DNA from: a virus
Strand: one strand, 5' to 3'
Length of the DNA: 64,000 bases
IMG/VR virus record: IMGVR_UViG_3300022890_000011
Location: 1-64,000 of that record
The notes under the pieces are model-generated. The model made no database searches. It was given only the letters and a program-made list of their open reading frames with translations, and was not told the DNA's origin. The position numbers were made by a program, and so were the translations under genes. Numbering within the stretch: position 1 is the stretch's first letter; each line of letters begins with the position of its first letter. This document shows positions 51,478 through 61,626 of the stretch, piece after piece.

Positions 51478-53610
51478 ATGACAGGAATGACTCTTACTGA
51501 TCTAGCTCAATATATTGAAGACTGGGTTTATACTAATAATACTGGTGCAATTACAGGTGATATCCTTCAACAAGTACTACAAGAAGTAACATGGACAATA
51601 CCTTTATCTGGTGCAACAAATTTTAATATAAATGGATTAACAACCGGTGAAACACTAGTTTATGATGGTTCTCAATGGATTAATTCAGGCAGAACAGAAG
51701 TTATAGGATTAACTGATTTAACTGATGTAACATTAAGTGGAGTAACATCAGATGAGACATTAGTTTATGATGGTTCTCAATGGATTAATAGTGCTGTAAC
51801 ATTAATTGATGGTTCTACTTTTGAGATACAGGTTAATTCCGGTGGTTCTTTTACAACAGATTCTGGTTTTACATATAATTTTGATACATATTCATTTACA
51901 GGTGGTGTTAATAGTGTAGCAGCAAGTGCTCACACATTCGCATTTGGTAAAGGTAATACTGCAAGTGGAGATCAATCAGCAACTTTAGGTGGATATTTAA
52001 ATACTGCAAGTGGTTTATATAGTATTGCTATTGGTGGTACACACAACATTGCAAGTGGTATGCATTCATTTGCTGCTGGTGGTGGTTCTACGACAAGTGG
52101 TGATGATGCTTTCTCGTTTGGTGCAGGTAATGAAGCAAGTGGAAATTATTGCGTTTCTTTTGGTGGTACCGCAAGTGGTACTTACTCATTCGCTGGAGGT
52201 AGTACTGGTAATGTGTCAGCAAGTGCCTATACTTTCGCTTTTGGTAAAGATAATACATCAAGTGGAGATTATTCAGTTGTTTTTTGTAAAGATAATATTG
52301 CGAGTGGAACTGCTTCATTTGTAACTGGTTCAGGAAATACGGCAGAAGCTTTACATTCAGCGATAATAGGTGGTAGAAATAATTCTATAGAACCATTAAA
52401 TAATAGTTATAATGTTATTTTGGGTTCTTTAGATTCATCTATTTTATCAAAATCTAGTTCTTCATTTATTTTTAGTTCAATTAATTCAAATGTTTTTGGA
52501 TTTTCTTCTGGTATATTAGCAAGTTCTTCTTCTGAAATTGGTGGAATTTCTTCTTCTCGTTGTCTTATATTAGGTGGTATTTCTAATATAATATCTGGTA
52601 CTAGTTCAAATACTAATAATTCACTGATTTCTTCATCTGAGTGTGATATTTTATCATCAAGTTATTGTAGTATGGTAGGTACTAGAAGTAGTTTGATAGA
52701 TGGTGGAACATATAGTGTAATATTAGGTGGTATGTCAAATGTTAATACTGGTAGAAGTTGTGTTGTAGGTGGTGAAAATTCATCAGTGGGTGGTACTATG
52801 TCATTTGCTTTCGGGGATACTTGTATATCGAGTGGTTCTTTATCATTTGCATTTGGTAAAAATAGTATATCAAGTGAAGATTATTCAACAGTATTAGGTG
52901 GTTTAAATAATACAGCAAGTGGAATGTATAGTGTTGCTATTGGTGGTGTAAGTAATACTGCAAGTGGTATGCATTCATTTGCTGCTGGTGGTGGTTCTAC
53001 GACAAGTGGTGACGATGCTTTCTCGTTTGGTGCAGGTAATGAAGCAAGTGGAAATTATAGTGTTTCTTTTGGTGGTACTGCAAGTGGTATGCATTCATTC
53101 GCTGGAGGTGGAGGTGATAGTGTAGCAGCAAATGCTCACACATTCGCTTTTGGTAAAAGTAACACAGCAAGTGGTGATGGTTCAATTGCAGTAGGTAATA
53201 CTACAACAGTAAGTGGTTCATATTCTCAAGCTTTTGGTATAGGTGTATTAATAAGTGGAAATTATTCAACGGGGTTTGGTAAAGATAATACTGCAAGTGG
53301 TTATTATTCATTCGTAGGTGGTCAAAGTTCAGTAGCAGCGAGTGCTTATACATTTGCTTTTGGTAAAAATAATACATCAAGTGGTGATTATTCAGTATCA
53401 TTAGGTGGTATTAATAACGCTGCTATTCATGAAGGTTCAATTATTTTAGGTGGTTCTGGTTTAACATCTCTAGCAATAGATACGGTTTATATTCCATCAT
53501 TTGAGATTACAACATCAGGTGAAACTTGTTTCATTATGAAAGATGCTTATTCTGGTGATAGATATAAAATGATTTTAAGTGGTGGTACATTAGTAGCACA
53601 AGCAGTATAA
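51478..53610 (+). CDS. Tail fibre/adhesin with YadA-head-like repeats
   Basis: 14-aa ASGxxSxAxGxxN repeats; duplicated LVYDGSQWINS; likely start ATG 51478. Confidence 0.75.
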   Translation: MTGMTLTDLAQYIEDWVYTNNTGAITGDILQQVLQEVTWTIPLSGATNFNINGLTTGETLVYDGSQWINSGRTEVIGLTDLTDVTLSGVTSDETLVYDGSQWINSAVTLIDGSTFEIQVNSGGSFTTDSGFTYNFDTYSFTGGVNSVAASAHTFAFGKGNTASGDQSATLGGYLNTASGLYSIAIGGTHNIASGMHSFAAGGGSTTSGDDAFSFGAGNEASGNYCVSFGGTASGTYSFAGGSTGNVSASAYTFAFGKDNTSSGDYSVVFCKDNIASGTASFVTGSGNTAEALHSAIIGGRNNSIEPLNNSYNVILGSLDSSILSKSSSSFIFSSINSNVFGFSSGILASSSSEIGGISSSRCLILGGISNIISGTSSNTNNSLISSSECDILSSSYCSMVGTRSSLIDGGTYSVILGGMSNVNTGRSCVVGGENSSVGGTMSFAFGDTCISSGSLSFAFGKNSISSEDYSTVLGGLNNTASGMYSVAIGGVSNTASGMHSFAAGGGSTTSGDDAFSFGAGNEASGNYSVSFGGTASGMHSFAGGGGDSVAANAHTFAFGKSNTASGDGSIAVGNTTTVSGSYSQAFGIGVLISGNYSTGFGKDNTASGYYSFVGGQSSVAASAYTFAFGKNNTSSGDYSVSLGGINNAAIHEGSIILGGSGLTSLAIDTVYIPSFEITTSGETCFIMKDAYSGDRYKMILSGGTLVAQAV
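52051..53089 (+). repeat. ~130-bp near-identical internal duplication (52051-52180 / 52960-53089)
   Basis: gcaagtggtatgcattcatttgctgctggtggtggttctacg... repeated at offset 909. Confidence 0.85.
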
Positions 53611-53686
53611 TGTTTAATTTTAGTAGAAAAATGGACATTAATTAAACTTTTAGTTTAAATTAAAGTAAATACCAAAAATACACAAA

Positions 53687-54502
53687 ATGGAAATTTTTTA
53701 CAATAGCTCATTACCTAGAGCTGGTAGTTCTTTATTGCAAAATATAATTGGACAAAATCCTGATTTTTATGTAACTCCAACATCTGGTTTATTAGAACTA
53801 GTTTTTACAGCAAAAAACACATTTACAAATCTTATTGAATTTAAAGCACAAGACCAAACACAAATGGAAGATGCTTTTATATCATTTTGTAAAGGTGGTA
53901 TGGAAGGATATTTTAAACCTTTGACTGATAAAAAATATGCTCTTGATAAGTCTAGAGGGTGGTTTATAAATTATAATTTATTAGATAAGATTTTCCCTAA
54001 TCCAAAAATAGTGTGTATGATTAGAGATATACGAGATGTTATTGCTTCTATGGAAACAAAATATAGAGAAAACCCACTTCATTTTGAACAACTTCAAAAT
54101 TTTGCAGAATTAAAAGGAACCACAACTGGAAAAAGAGCGCAATTATTTTTAAATAGTTTACCAGTTGGATTGGCATTAGATAGATTAAAAGATTCTTTAG
54201 AACAAGGAATAAATAAAAATGTATTTTACATTAAAATAGAAAATCTAATTGATAGACCATTTGATACAATGTTCGCATTATATTCTTATCTTGGTGTACC
54301 ATATTTTAAACATAATTTTAAAGATATTAAACAAATTACAATTGAAGATGATAAATGGTATGGTATTTATGGTGATCATAAAACTCACAGTAAATTGGAA
54401 AAACCTAAAACCAATTGGAAAGATATATTGGGTGAAGAATTAGGTGGTTATATTTATAATGATTATAAGTGGTTTTTTCAAACATTTGAATATGAAAAAT
54501 AA
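53687..54502 (+). CDS. Sulfotransferase family protein
   Basis: 5'-PSB loop SLPRAGSSLL, DKSR, IRDIRDVIAS 3'-PB motif. Confidence 0.85.
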   Translation: MEIFYNSSLPRAGSSLLQNIIGQNPDFYVTPTSGLLELVFTAKNTFTNLIEFKAQDQTQMEDAFISFCKGGMEGYFKPLTDKKYALDKSRGWFINYNLLDKIFPNPKIVCMIRDIRDVIASMETKYRENPLHFEQLQNFAELKGTTTGKRAQLFLNSLPVGLALDRLKDSLEQGINKNVFYIKIENLIDRPFDTMFALYSYLGVPYFKHNFKDIKQITIEDDKWYGIYGDHKTHSKLEKPKTNWKDILGEELGGYIYNDYKWFFQTFEYEK

Positions 54503-54555
54503 ATAATTAAACAGAACTTAAATTTTCTTATATATAGGTAAAATATATTTTTATT

Positions 54556-54774
54556 ATGGAAATTGAAGATATCCGAAAACAAAGACAATCAAAAGGAAAA
54601 TCATTTTGGTATTATCCTGCAATATTTTGGAAATGGCTTAAAAAGAATAAATGGAAGATTCTTATTACAGCCATTATCGCAATTCTATTAATTAGTCCAA
54701 GTTGGGCTGGTACTACAATAGGAACATGGATTACTGATTTTATTGGTAATTTAGTAAATTCAATTAGTATTTAA
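54556..54774 (+). CDS. Small membrane protein
   Basis: Hydrophobic ILITAIIAILLI. Confidence 0.6.
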   Translation: MEIEDIRKQRQSKGKSFWYYPAIFWKWLKKNKWKILITAIIAILLISPSWAGTTIGTWITDFIGNLVNSISI

Positions 54775-55109
54775 TGACTTGGGAAGATGTAGAAAATGCT
54801 AATTCAATTTCGAAGAGAGAAAAGTTAGAAGAAAAGTATTATATAGAACAAGTTAAAATTCTGGATTGGTTAAAAACTGAAGGTGATCAAAAAATTAGAT
54901 TCTTAGACAGAATAGAATATAAAGTTGATGGTAAACCACATAGATTAGATGGACCAGCCGTAGAACCAATTGAAGGAAATCCTACCGGTACTTTACCATT
55001 AGAAGAATATTGGATTAATGGTGAAAAATTTAGTGATCATAAAGAATGGTTACCCGTAGCACAAAGATTAGATAGAAAATTAAAATTAGAAAGAGTTAAA
55101 GGTGAATAA
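54774..55109 (+). CDS. HRxDGPA-motif phage protein with RKxKL tag
   Basis: HRLDGPAVE..EYWING; ends DRKLKLERVKGE. Confidence 0.7.
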   Translation: MTWEDVENANSISKREKLEEKYYIEQVKILDWLKTEGDQKIRFLDRIEYKVDGKPHRLDGPAVEPIEGNPTGTLPLEEYWINGEKFSDHKEWLPVAQRLDRKLKLERVKGE

Positions 55110-55566
55110 TATATTTGAAGAAGCAAAAAATAAAGATATTATAGAAAATTTACCAAAAGGTTATGATGTAGATTATAATTATATGATAAGATTATGGCCA
55201 AAATATATTAAATACTACATTATTGATAAAGAAAAAATAGAAGTTGATGATAAGGTGATATTATTATTTTCGAAAAATAAATATAGAAATAATGTAACTT
55301 ACGTTTATTGTGAAAATACAACTTCTATTTATGAATATTATCTAAAAGGTGGATTATTACATAATCTTGATGGATATGCTTATAGACATTATTATAAACC
55401 GAATAAAAGATTACAAATAATGTATTATTTGGACGGATATTATCATGAAGAAAAACCTGATGAAATTTTCAATTCAGTTACTCCTATATGGGTAGAAGAT
55501 AAAAGAGTAATAAGACATCAGAGAAAAAGTAAATTAGAAAAAATTAAGTTGAAACAGAACCCATAG
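55102..55566 (+). CDS. HRxDGPA-like protein with RKxKL tag
   Basis: LHNLDGYA..YYLDG; ends QRKSKLEKIK. Confidence 0.65.
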   Translation: MNNIFEEAKNKDIIENLPKGYDVDYNYMIRLWPKYIKYYIIDKEKIEVDDKVILLFSKNKYRNNVTYVYCENTTSIYEYYLKGGLLHNLDGYAYRHYYKPNKRLQIMYYLDGYYHEEKPDEIFNSVTPIWVEDKRVIRHQRKSKLEKIKLKQNP

Positions 55567-57223
55567 TCCCGTTCACAAATGTTCCATTTAACCAAGTTCC
55601 TTGTAGAAAATCTCCATTTTCCCAAGTACCGTTTATCCATAATCCATTTTCCCAGGTTCCATTGTACCAAGTAGGTGATGTATAATAAAATACTCTTAAA
55701 CCAATATTGTATAATTTAGCATACATATCAAAAACTGGTGACATATATTCATATTTATAATTGGTAGTTCCATAAAGGAAAAACATTTGATCATCATTAA
55801 ATAATTCTGAAGTTAGATTTGATATCCAAGTTGTTTGTGTAGAACCTGTACCTTCTATCCAGTAATTCTCAAATCTACCATAATAAATTGTCTGTTTATC
55901 AGAAGTGAAGAAATCTGTTTGTGTTGCATAATTAGAGCCTGATGCTGGTATATTATAATTATACATACTAACTACATTATCAGTTGTACCACCTAAAGTT
56001 GTATTATAATAAGCACTTCTTTCTATTTTTGTTTGCATTCCTGTAATAGTTGAACCTGAAGGAAGATCAAAACTATTTCCATTAGTATCTCTCCAATTAC
56101 CAAAAGATAAAATATTACTATATGTCCATCCACTAGTTAATAATGAAACACCAGTCGTTTGTAAATAGGCATATTCATCTGTATAACCTGTTAGATTTTC
56201 TGTATAAGTCCATTGTGTGTTTCCTGTTTCATGTATTAATGCAAGATTTGGATAGTACCAATTTTCAGTTACCCATGTACCCCATATACCATCTTTCCAT
56301 GTTCCTGTGATCCAATCACCTTGTTCAAATTGACCACCATACCATATACCGCCTTTAAATGTTCCTTCATACCATCTAGATGATAGATGTTCTTCTGAAG
56401 GAAATGTTATACCACTAATTTCTTTTAGACCAGAATGAAATTCTCCAGCTAAGAAAATCCCATCATACCATCTAGAAACAATATAACCATTTCCACTATT
56501 TATTCCAAATCTACTTAAATTATCACCAATTTCTGTAAAAATACCATCATACCATTTTCCTTGTAGAAAATCTCCACCATACCATTTTCCAGTTATCCAG
56601 GTATGATCTTCGAATGTTCCATTATAAAAAAGTCCATTTTCCCACCATGAATTAATCATTTTACCATTATAAAAATTGCCATATTCCCATCTAGAATTAA
56701 TAAAAATACCATCTAAAAAATTACCATATTTCCAAATACAATTACTTTCAGTAGTATCCCAATCTAAATTATAGTTTGTTAAAACAGTATAATTAATATC
56801 ATATTTAGTTTGTGTATCCCAGTAATTTTCATTTAGACCAAATGTACCATTATGATGTGTACCATATATCCAAGTTCCTGATAAAAAATGTGAATTATCA
56901 TTACTTGCATCATCTTCAATATATAACACACCATTTCTAGCTTGTGATAAGTCTAATTGATAAGAATACCAATCACCATTTCTCCAAATACCTTGATGAA
57001 AAACTCCAGAATACCAGTAACCATCAAACCATTCTCCACATAACCATTCACCTGAATACCAAATTAATTTGTTATCTGTACTTTCACCTATGATAGCATT
57101 TTTGATTCTAGCATTCAACAACCAACCATATCTTAATCTAACTTTGTCTAGGTCTAGGCCGTTAGTAAATTTGATATTTTGGAAACCAAAATCTAAAACT
57201 TCTCTTTTTATATTAACTTTCAT
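55544..57223 (-). CDS. WxxGxF/W pentapeptide-repeat virion protein
   Basis: Many WxxG repeats (beta-helix-like). Confidence 0.7.
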   Translation of the reverse strand: MKVNIKREVLDFGFQNIKFTNGLDLDKVRLRYGWLLNARIKNAIIGESTDNKLIWYSGEWLCGEWFDGYWYSGVFHQGIWRNGDWYSYQLDLSQARNGVLYIEDDASNDNSHFLSGTWIYGTHHNGTFGLNENYWDTQTKYDINYTVLTNYNLDWDTTESNCIWKYGNFLDGIFINSRWEYGNFYNGKMINSWWENGLFYNGTFEDHTWITGKWYGGDFLQGKWYDGIFTEIGDNLSRFGINSGNGYIVSRWYDGIFLAGEFHSGLKEISGITFPSEEHLSSRWYEGTFKGGIWYGGQFEQGDWITGTWKDGIWGTWVTENWYYPNLALIHETGNTQWTYTENLTGYTDEYAYLQTTGVSLLTSGWTYSNILSFGNWRDTNGNSFDLPSGSTITGMQTKIERSAYYNTTLGGTTDNVVSMYNYNIPASGSNYATQTDFFTSDKQTIYYGRFENYWIEGTGSTQTTWISNLTSELFNDDQMFFLYGTTNYKYEYMSPVFDMYAKLYNIGLRVFYYTSPTWYNGTWENGLWINGTWENGDFLQGTWLNGTFVNGTMGSVST

Positions 57224-57226
57224 AAT

Positions 57227-59140
57227 TTAACTTTCATATTCAAAATCATCATCAAATAGAAATAATGGAAACATTGTCTTTAAATCAGTTCCAATTCCTA
57301 CTAAATCTGATGGATAATATGTTAATTTTTCATCGTCTTTATTATATATCTTAAAAATAAATCTGTTGTCATTTCTATGTATTATACCACTGCTATAATT
57401 TCTAACAGTAGAATCTTCACTTAATATTTGACCATAAGCACCAGCAACATTTTTATAAACATTATTTGGTAATGATGTAGTAAAACCACTATAAAGAAGA
57501 TTAGAAATATCTCCTAATGTATTTATATTTGTAATTATTGATAAATTTGTGACTCCAGATTCTACTAATAAATAAGTATCATATTTTTTTAATATTAATG
57601 ATACAATTGAGCTAGACAAACCACTTAATGTAACATATGTAGATTGTCTGAAATACTCCATTTCATCAACATTATCTGGTGTTATTTTAGTATAACCACT
57701 TAAACTTATGTCTAATGTAAATGCACTTAATGCAAAACTATTATATGTTGTATATGATGTCGTAAAACCACTATATATTCTTTCCATGAATGGTTGTAAC
57801 TGATAGTTTATATAATTATTATATGTATTAAATGTATAACTACTTGGTGTAAATGTGAATGTTAATCCATCATAGTCAAAATAATTTAAATAATTGTAAG
57901 TTGTAGCTGTTAATGTCATTGTTGTGCTATTATAATATACAGCAGATATAAATTTATTAAATGGTGATGAGTTAATTGCATCTACAATAGTAGATGTATC
58001 ATCATTATTTGTATATTGTAAATTTTCAATTTCATATGTTATTGCTGTATTGTGTATTGGTTCATATAATACATGATTTGGTATATAATCTTTTAAAGCT
58101 ATAATTGTACTAGTGGATAAACTAGAATCTATAAATCCTTTATAATCTAAGTATGTGTAACCACTAGAATCATAAATTTTTAGATTAATATAAAAATCAT
58201 CATTTTTAATAAAATTAGTTGCAGTAGTTACATATGTTGTACCAGAATCATTATAAATATTTGCAGTTGTTGTTGCGGATGTTGTATTTGTATAACCTGA
58301 AACATAATTATAATCAATTGAACTATAACCACTATTTACAATAATATATGATATATCTTCATATAAAATATAATTTGTAGAACCAGTTTCAATAGTTATT
58401 GTTAATTCATTATATAATGAACTATTTTCTGATAATTGTTTTCTAGCTAAATCATAATCAGTAAATATTATTTTAGCACAATCACCAGATGTTTGACCTG
58501 TTAGCATTATGTCATAATCAACAAAATGTCTAAGTAAAAATGATTCACTTTCAACAAAATACATACTTTCACCAGAAATTGGAAAATATGTGGCGCCAGT
58601 AGATCCAGATAATGTGAATTGTTTATCTTTATATGTACCACTTTTACAATAGGTTTTAAATCTATATGATTGTTCTCGTGTATCAAGTAGATTTGTTGGG
58701 TTTAAAAAATATGTATTACCAACTGTATAAATTAAATTTTCTGTTGAATCAACTTGGTTTATAAATTGAATTCTATATCCAGGTTTAATAATGACATTAT
58801 CAAATTTATAAAATTGTTTAGTTAAATCTGTATCTTCGTCTACTATAATATCAACTGCATAGAAATTTGGAAAAAATTCTTCAATTGAATCGTATTCTGT
58901 ATAAACATTATAATTACTATATCCATCACCAGTATAAAGATCTACTTTATAAATATCTTCAAGACTATTAATATATGACCAACATGTACCAGATAAACAT
59001 TTATTATATCTAAAAGTTTCATATGTTGTATCTATTACATCTCTTACATAATATTGTTGTCTATTTTTTTGATAGTAGTATGTATTTCCTGAACTTGTGT
59101 CTAAAGTCCAGTCAAATTCTTGTTTCCAAATATCAATCAT
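57227..59140 (-). CDS. Virion structural protein (T/S/Y rich)
   Basis: 637 aa with beta-rich composition, next to structural genes. Confidence 0.6.
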   Translation of the reverse strand: MIDIWKQEFDWTLDTSSGNTYYYQKNRQQYYVRDVIDTTYETFRYNKCLSGTCWSYINSLEDIYKVDLYTGDGYSNYNVYTEYDSIEEFFPNFYAVDIIVDEDTDLTKQFYKFDNVIIKPGYRIQFINQVDSTENLIYTVGNTYFLNPTNLLDTREQSYRFKTYCKSGTYKDKQFTLSGSTGATYFPISGESMYFVESESFLLRHFVDYDIMLTGQTSGDCAKIIFTDYDLARKQLSENSSLYNELTITIETGSTNYILYEDISYIIVNSGYSSIDYNYVSGYTNTTSATTTANIYNDSGTTYVTTATNFIKNDDFYINLKIYDSSGYTYLDYKGFIDSSLSTSTIIALKDYIPNHVLYEPIHNTAITYEIENLQYTNNDDTSTIVDAINSSPFNKFISAVYYNSTTMTLTATTYNYLNYFDYDGLTFTFTPSSYTFNTYNNYINYQLQPFMERIYSGFTTSYTTYNSFALSAFTLDISLSGYTKITPDNVDEMEYFRQSTYVTLSGLSSSIVSLILKKYDTYLLVESGVTNLSIITNINTLGDISNLLYSGFTTSLPNNVYKNVAGAYGQILSEDSTVRNYSSGIIHRNDNRFIFKIYNKDDEKLTYYPSDLVGIGTDLKTMFPLFLFDDDFEYES

Positions 59141-59306
59141 TTAATGAATTCTTTTTATAAGAGTATATATAAAATCATTGATATTGAAAATGAATTTTTT
59201 AATCCCATAAAAAATCTTATTCTAAAATTAGAACCTGTCTTGATTTGAACGTTAATTTTTTATTTAGAATTTTAAAGTTATATTTATGTAAATAATAATA
59301 TTAAAT

Positions 59307-59789
59307 ATGGAATTAAACAAATTAGTAGAGAAGATGATTTCTGATTATCCATATTTATATGGACATAGAAATCAGGTTTTACATTATATTTATTGTGTTT
59401 TACCAAATGAATTTATATGGAAAAATGGAAAAATTTTTTGTGAAAATTTCTTAGAATCAAATACAATTACACAAAGAATTGATAAACATTTAAAAATGTT
59501 TCCTGATAATATTAAGGAAGAATTAATAAGTGAAGAATATGAGGAAATGAAAGATTTAAAGAATGGTAAGTTTTATATTTTTCCTTTAACAAAACAATGT
59601 AATTTATATAATATTCCAAATAATGTTTCAAAAGATTATTTGGATGGTGCATATGAAATAATAAATATTTTAAAAGGTATGGATAAAGATTATCATAAAA
59701 TTTATACTAGGCAAGAAGAACAAAATTATTATTATAAGAATATATTAATAATTAGTGAAATTGACAAAAATCTAATTGATAGATTTTAA
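59307..59789 (+). CDS. Hypothetical protein
   Basis: 160-aa ORF. Confidence 0.6.
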   Translation: MELNKLVEKMISDYPYLYGHRNQVLHYIYCVLPNEFIWKNGKIFCENFLESNTITQRIDKHLKMFPDNIKEELISEEYEEMKDLKNGKFYIFPLTKQCNLYNIPNNVSKDYLDGAYEIINILKGMDKDYHKIYTRQEEQNYYYKNILIISEIDKNLIDRF

Positions 59790-59814
59790 TATTTTTTTAT
59801 TAAAGAATTTTAAC

Positions 59815-59822
59815 TATATTTG
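59815..59822 (+). promoter_or_regulatory. Bacteroidota-type -7 box
   Basis: TATATTTG about 35 nt upstream of 59857. Confidence 0.45.
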
Positions 59823-59856
59823 ATATAATTGTAAATTAAAATTAAAAAACTTAAAA

Positions 59857-60459
59857 ATGACAGAAAAAACTACTACAATTGAAAAAAATTACGATTTACC
59901 AGATGATATTGTTGGAATAAAGGATGATAAAATCTATAAGAGATTAGCTAAAGAAGTACTTGATAGTGATTTACCTGGTCCCGATTATTTAGAATTTAGA
60001 CAACAATTAATGAGTATGCAAGATTTAGATGTAGATATAGATCCTGATAAATTAGAAGAATTTATTTTCAAAGCCGCATATAAAATTGTTAAAGGCGGTG
60101 ATAATTCATTAACAAAACAAATATTAATGAATTCATTAACACATTATATTAAAATAGTTAAAGATCAAGAAAAATCATTTAATAAGGAATTTAATGAACA
60201 AGTGAAAGTGAAAATTGGTGCAAAGTTTGAAAAAATTGATAATTTAGATGAAGAAACAGAAAAAATATTGACACAAATAGAGGAATTAAAAGATAGATTG
60301 GAAAGTATCAAAGAGGATAAAAAGATAACTATCGCTGATGTTGATATTGAAAAGAAAAAATTATCAAAGGTTAAATCTAATTTTAAAGCTACTGCTTCAG
60401 AATTGGTTGGTAAATTAGAAGAAGATAAATTAAAAATTGACAAATATATTAAAGATTAA
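59857..60459 (+). CDS. Coiled-coil protein
   Basis: LPGPDYLEF motif; long heptad C-terminus. Confidence 0.7.
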   Translation: MTEKTTTIEKNYDLPDDIVGIKDDKIYKRLAKEVLDSDLPGPDYLEFRQQLMSMQDLDVDIDPDKLEEFIFKAAYKIVKGGDNSLTKQILMNSLTHYIKIVKDQEKSFNKEFNEQVKVKIGAKFEKIDNLDEETEKILTQIEELKDRLESIKEDKKITIADVDIEKKKLSKVKSNFKATASELVGKLEEDKLKIDKYIKD

Positions 60460-60476
60460 TTAATTAAAACAGAACT

Positions 60477-61529
60477 ATGAATTTAGAAAAAGAAAAACGA
60501 AGAGGTTTTTTTAAAAAACCAGAAGGAAAAACAGGATTATTATTTATGGCTGGATTAATTATTGGTGGTGGTTTATTAGCATGGAAATTTCTTCCATTTA
60601 TAATTGGATTATTTTCAAACTTAATAACAGCTGGTTTAATGGTTATAGGTATTGGTGCAGTTTTATGGATTGCAACAAGAAAACAAACTCGAAATCTGGC
60701 ATGGTTTGGTTTTAAAATGATAATGAAAAGAGTAACAAGTTGGTTTGTGAAAATTGATCCAATTGCAATTATTGAAACGTACATTGAAGATTTGAAGAAA
60801 AGCCTTCAACAAATGGATGAAAATATTGTGAAATTGAGAACTCAAATGGTTTCATTAAAAAGGATTATAGATTCAAATAATGATGAAATTGAAGAATCAA
60901 TGAAAATTATGCAAGCGGCTCAGAAAAAAGGTAACCGTGACGAGTTTAGATTAAAATCAAGAAAAGCAGGTCGTACTAAAGACTCTAATGTTAAATTAAC
61001 AGAAATGTATAATAAAATGTTTAAGTTATATAAAGCTTTAACAAGAATGTATGAAGTTTCAGGTTATGTTGTTGAAGATTTGGAAGACGATATGAAGAAT
61101 AAGAAAATTGAACATAAGGCACTTAAAGCTGGTCATTCAGCCATGAAATCTGGTATTAGAGCGATGATGGGTGATCCTGACAAAAGAGCAATATTTGAAC
61201 AAACATTGGAATCGATGGAAGAAGATGCGGCTAAAAAGATTGGTGAAATGGAAAGATTTATGGAAATGTCAACATCGTTCATTAATAACATTGATTTAAA
61301 AAACGGTATCTATGAAGAAGAAGGATATGCGATGTTAGAAGAGTGGGAGAAAAGTGGATTTGATATTATGATGGGAGATTTTGATACTCAACAAAAAGCT
61401 TCTAAATCTGGTCAAAAAGCTCTTGAATCTGGAGAAACTAAAGAAGTAGAGAAAGAATTAGAATTAGTAGCTGTTGAAAGAGATAGTGGTAGTTCAGAAG
61501 CTCCTAAAAAATGGGGAGATATGTTTTAA
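60477..61529 (+). CDS. PspA-like membrane-anchored coiled-coil protein
   Basis: Two TM helices, then DPIAIIETYIEDL (PspA-like DP..) and a long coiled coil. Confidence 0.55.
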   Translation: MNLEKEKRRGFFKKPEGKTGLLFMAGLIIGGGLLAWKFLPFIIGLFSNLITAGLMVIGIGAVLWIATRKQTRNLAWFGFKMIMKRVTSWFVKIDPIAIIETYIEDLKKSLQQMDENIVKLRTQMVSLKRIIDSNNDEIEESMKIMQAAQKKGNRDEFRLKSRKAGRTKDSNVKLTEMYNKMFKLYKALTRMYEVSGYVVEDLEDDMKNKKIEHKALKAGHSAMKSGIRAMMGDPDKRAIFEQTLESMEEDAAKKIGEMERFMEMSTSFINNIDLKNGIYEEEGYAMLEEWEKSGFDIMMGDFDTQQKASKSGQKALESGETKEVEKELELVAVERDSGSSEAPKKWGDMF

Positions 61530-61551
61530 TCTAATTAAATAATCAAGTAAG

Positions 61552-61581
61552 AAAGCCATTCAGAAATGAATGGCTTTTTTT
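61552..61581 (+). terminator. Rho-independent terminator
   Basis: AAAGCCATTCA-GAAA-TGAATGGCTTT followed by a T-run. Confidence 0.85.
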
Positions 61582-61626
61582 GTTTTATATTTTTAATATA
61601 TAATGGTGTTAAAAATAAAATTACTG

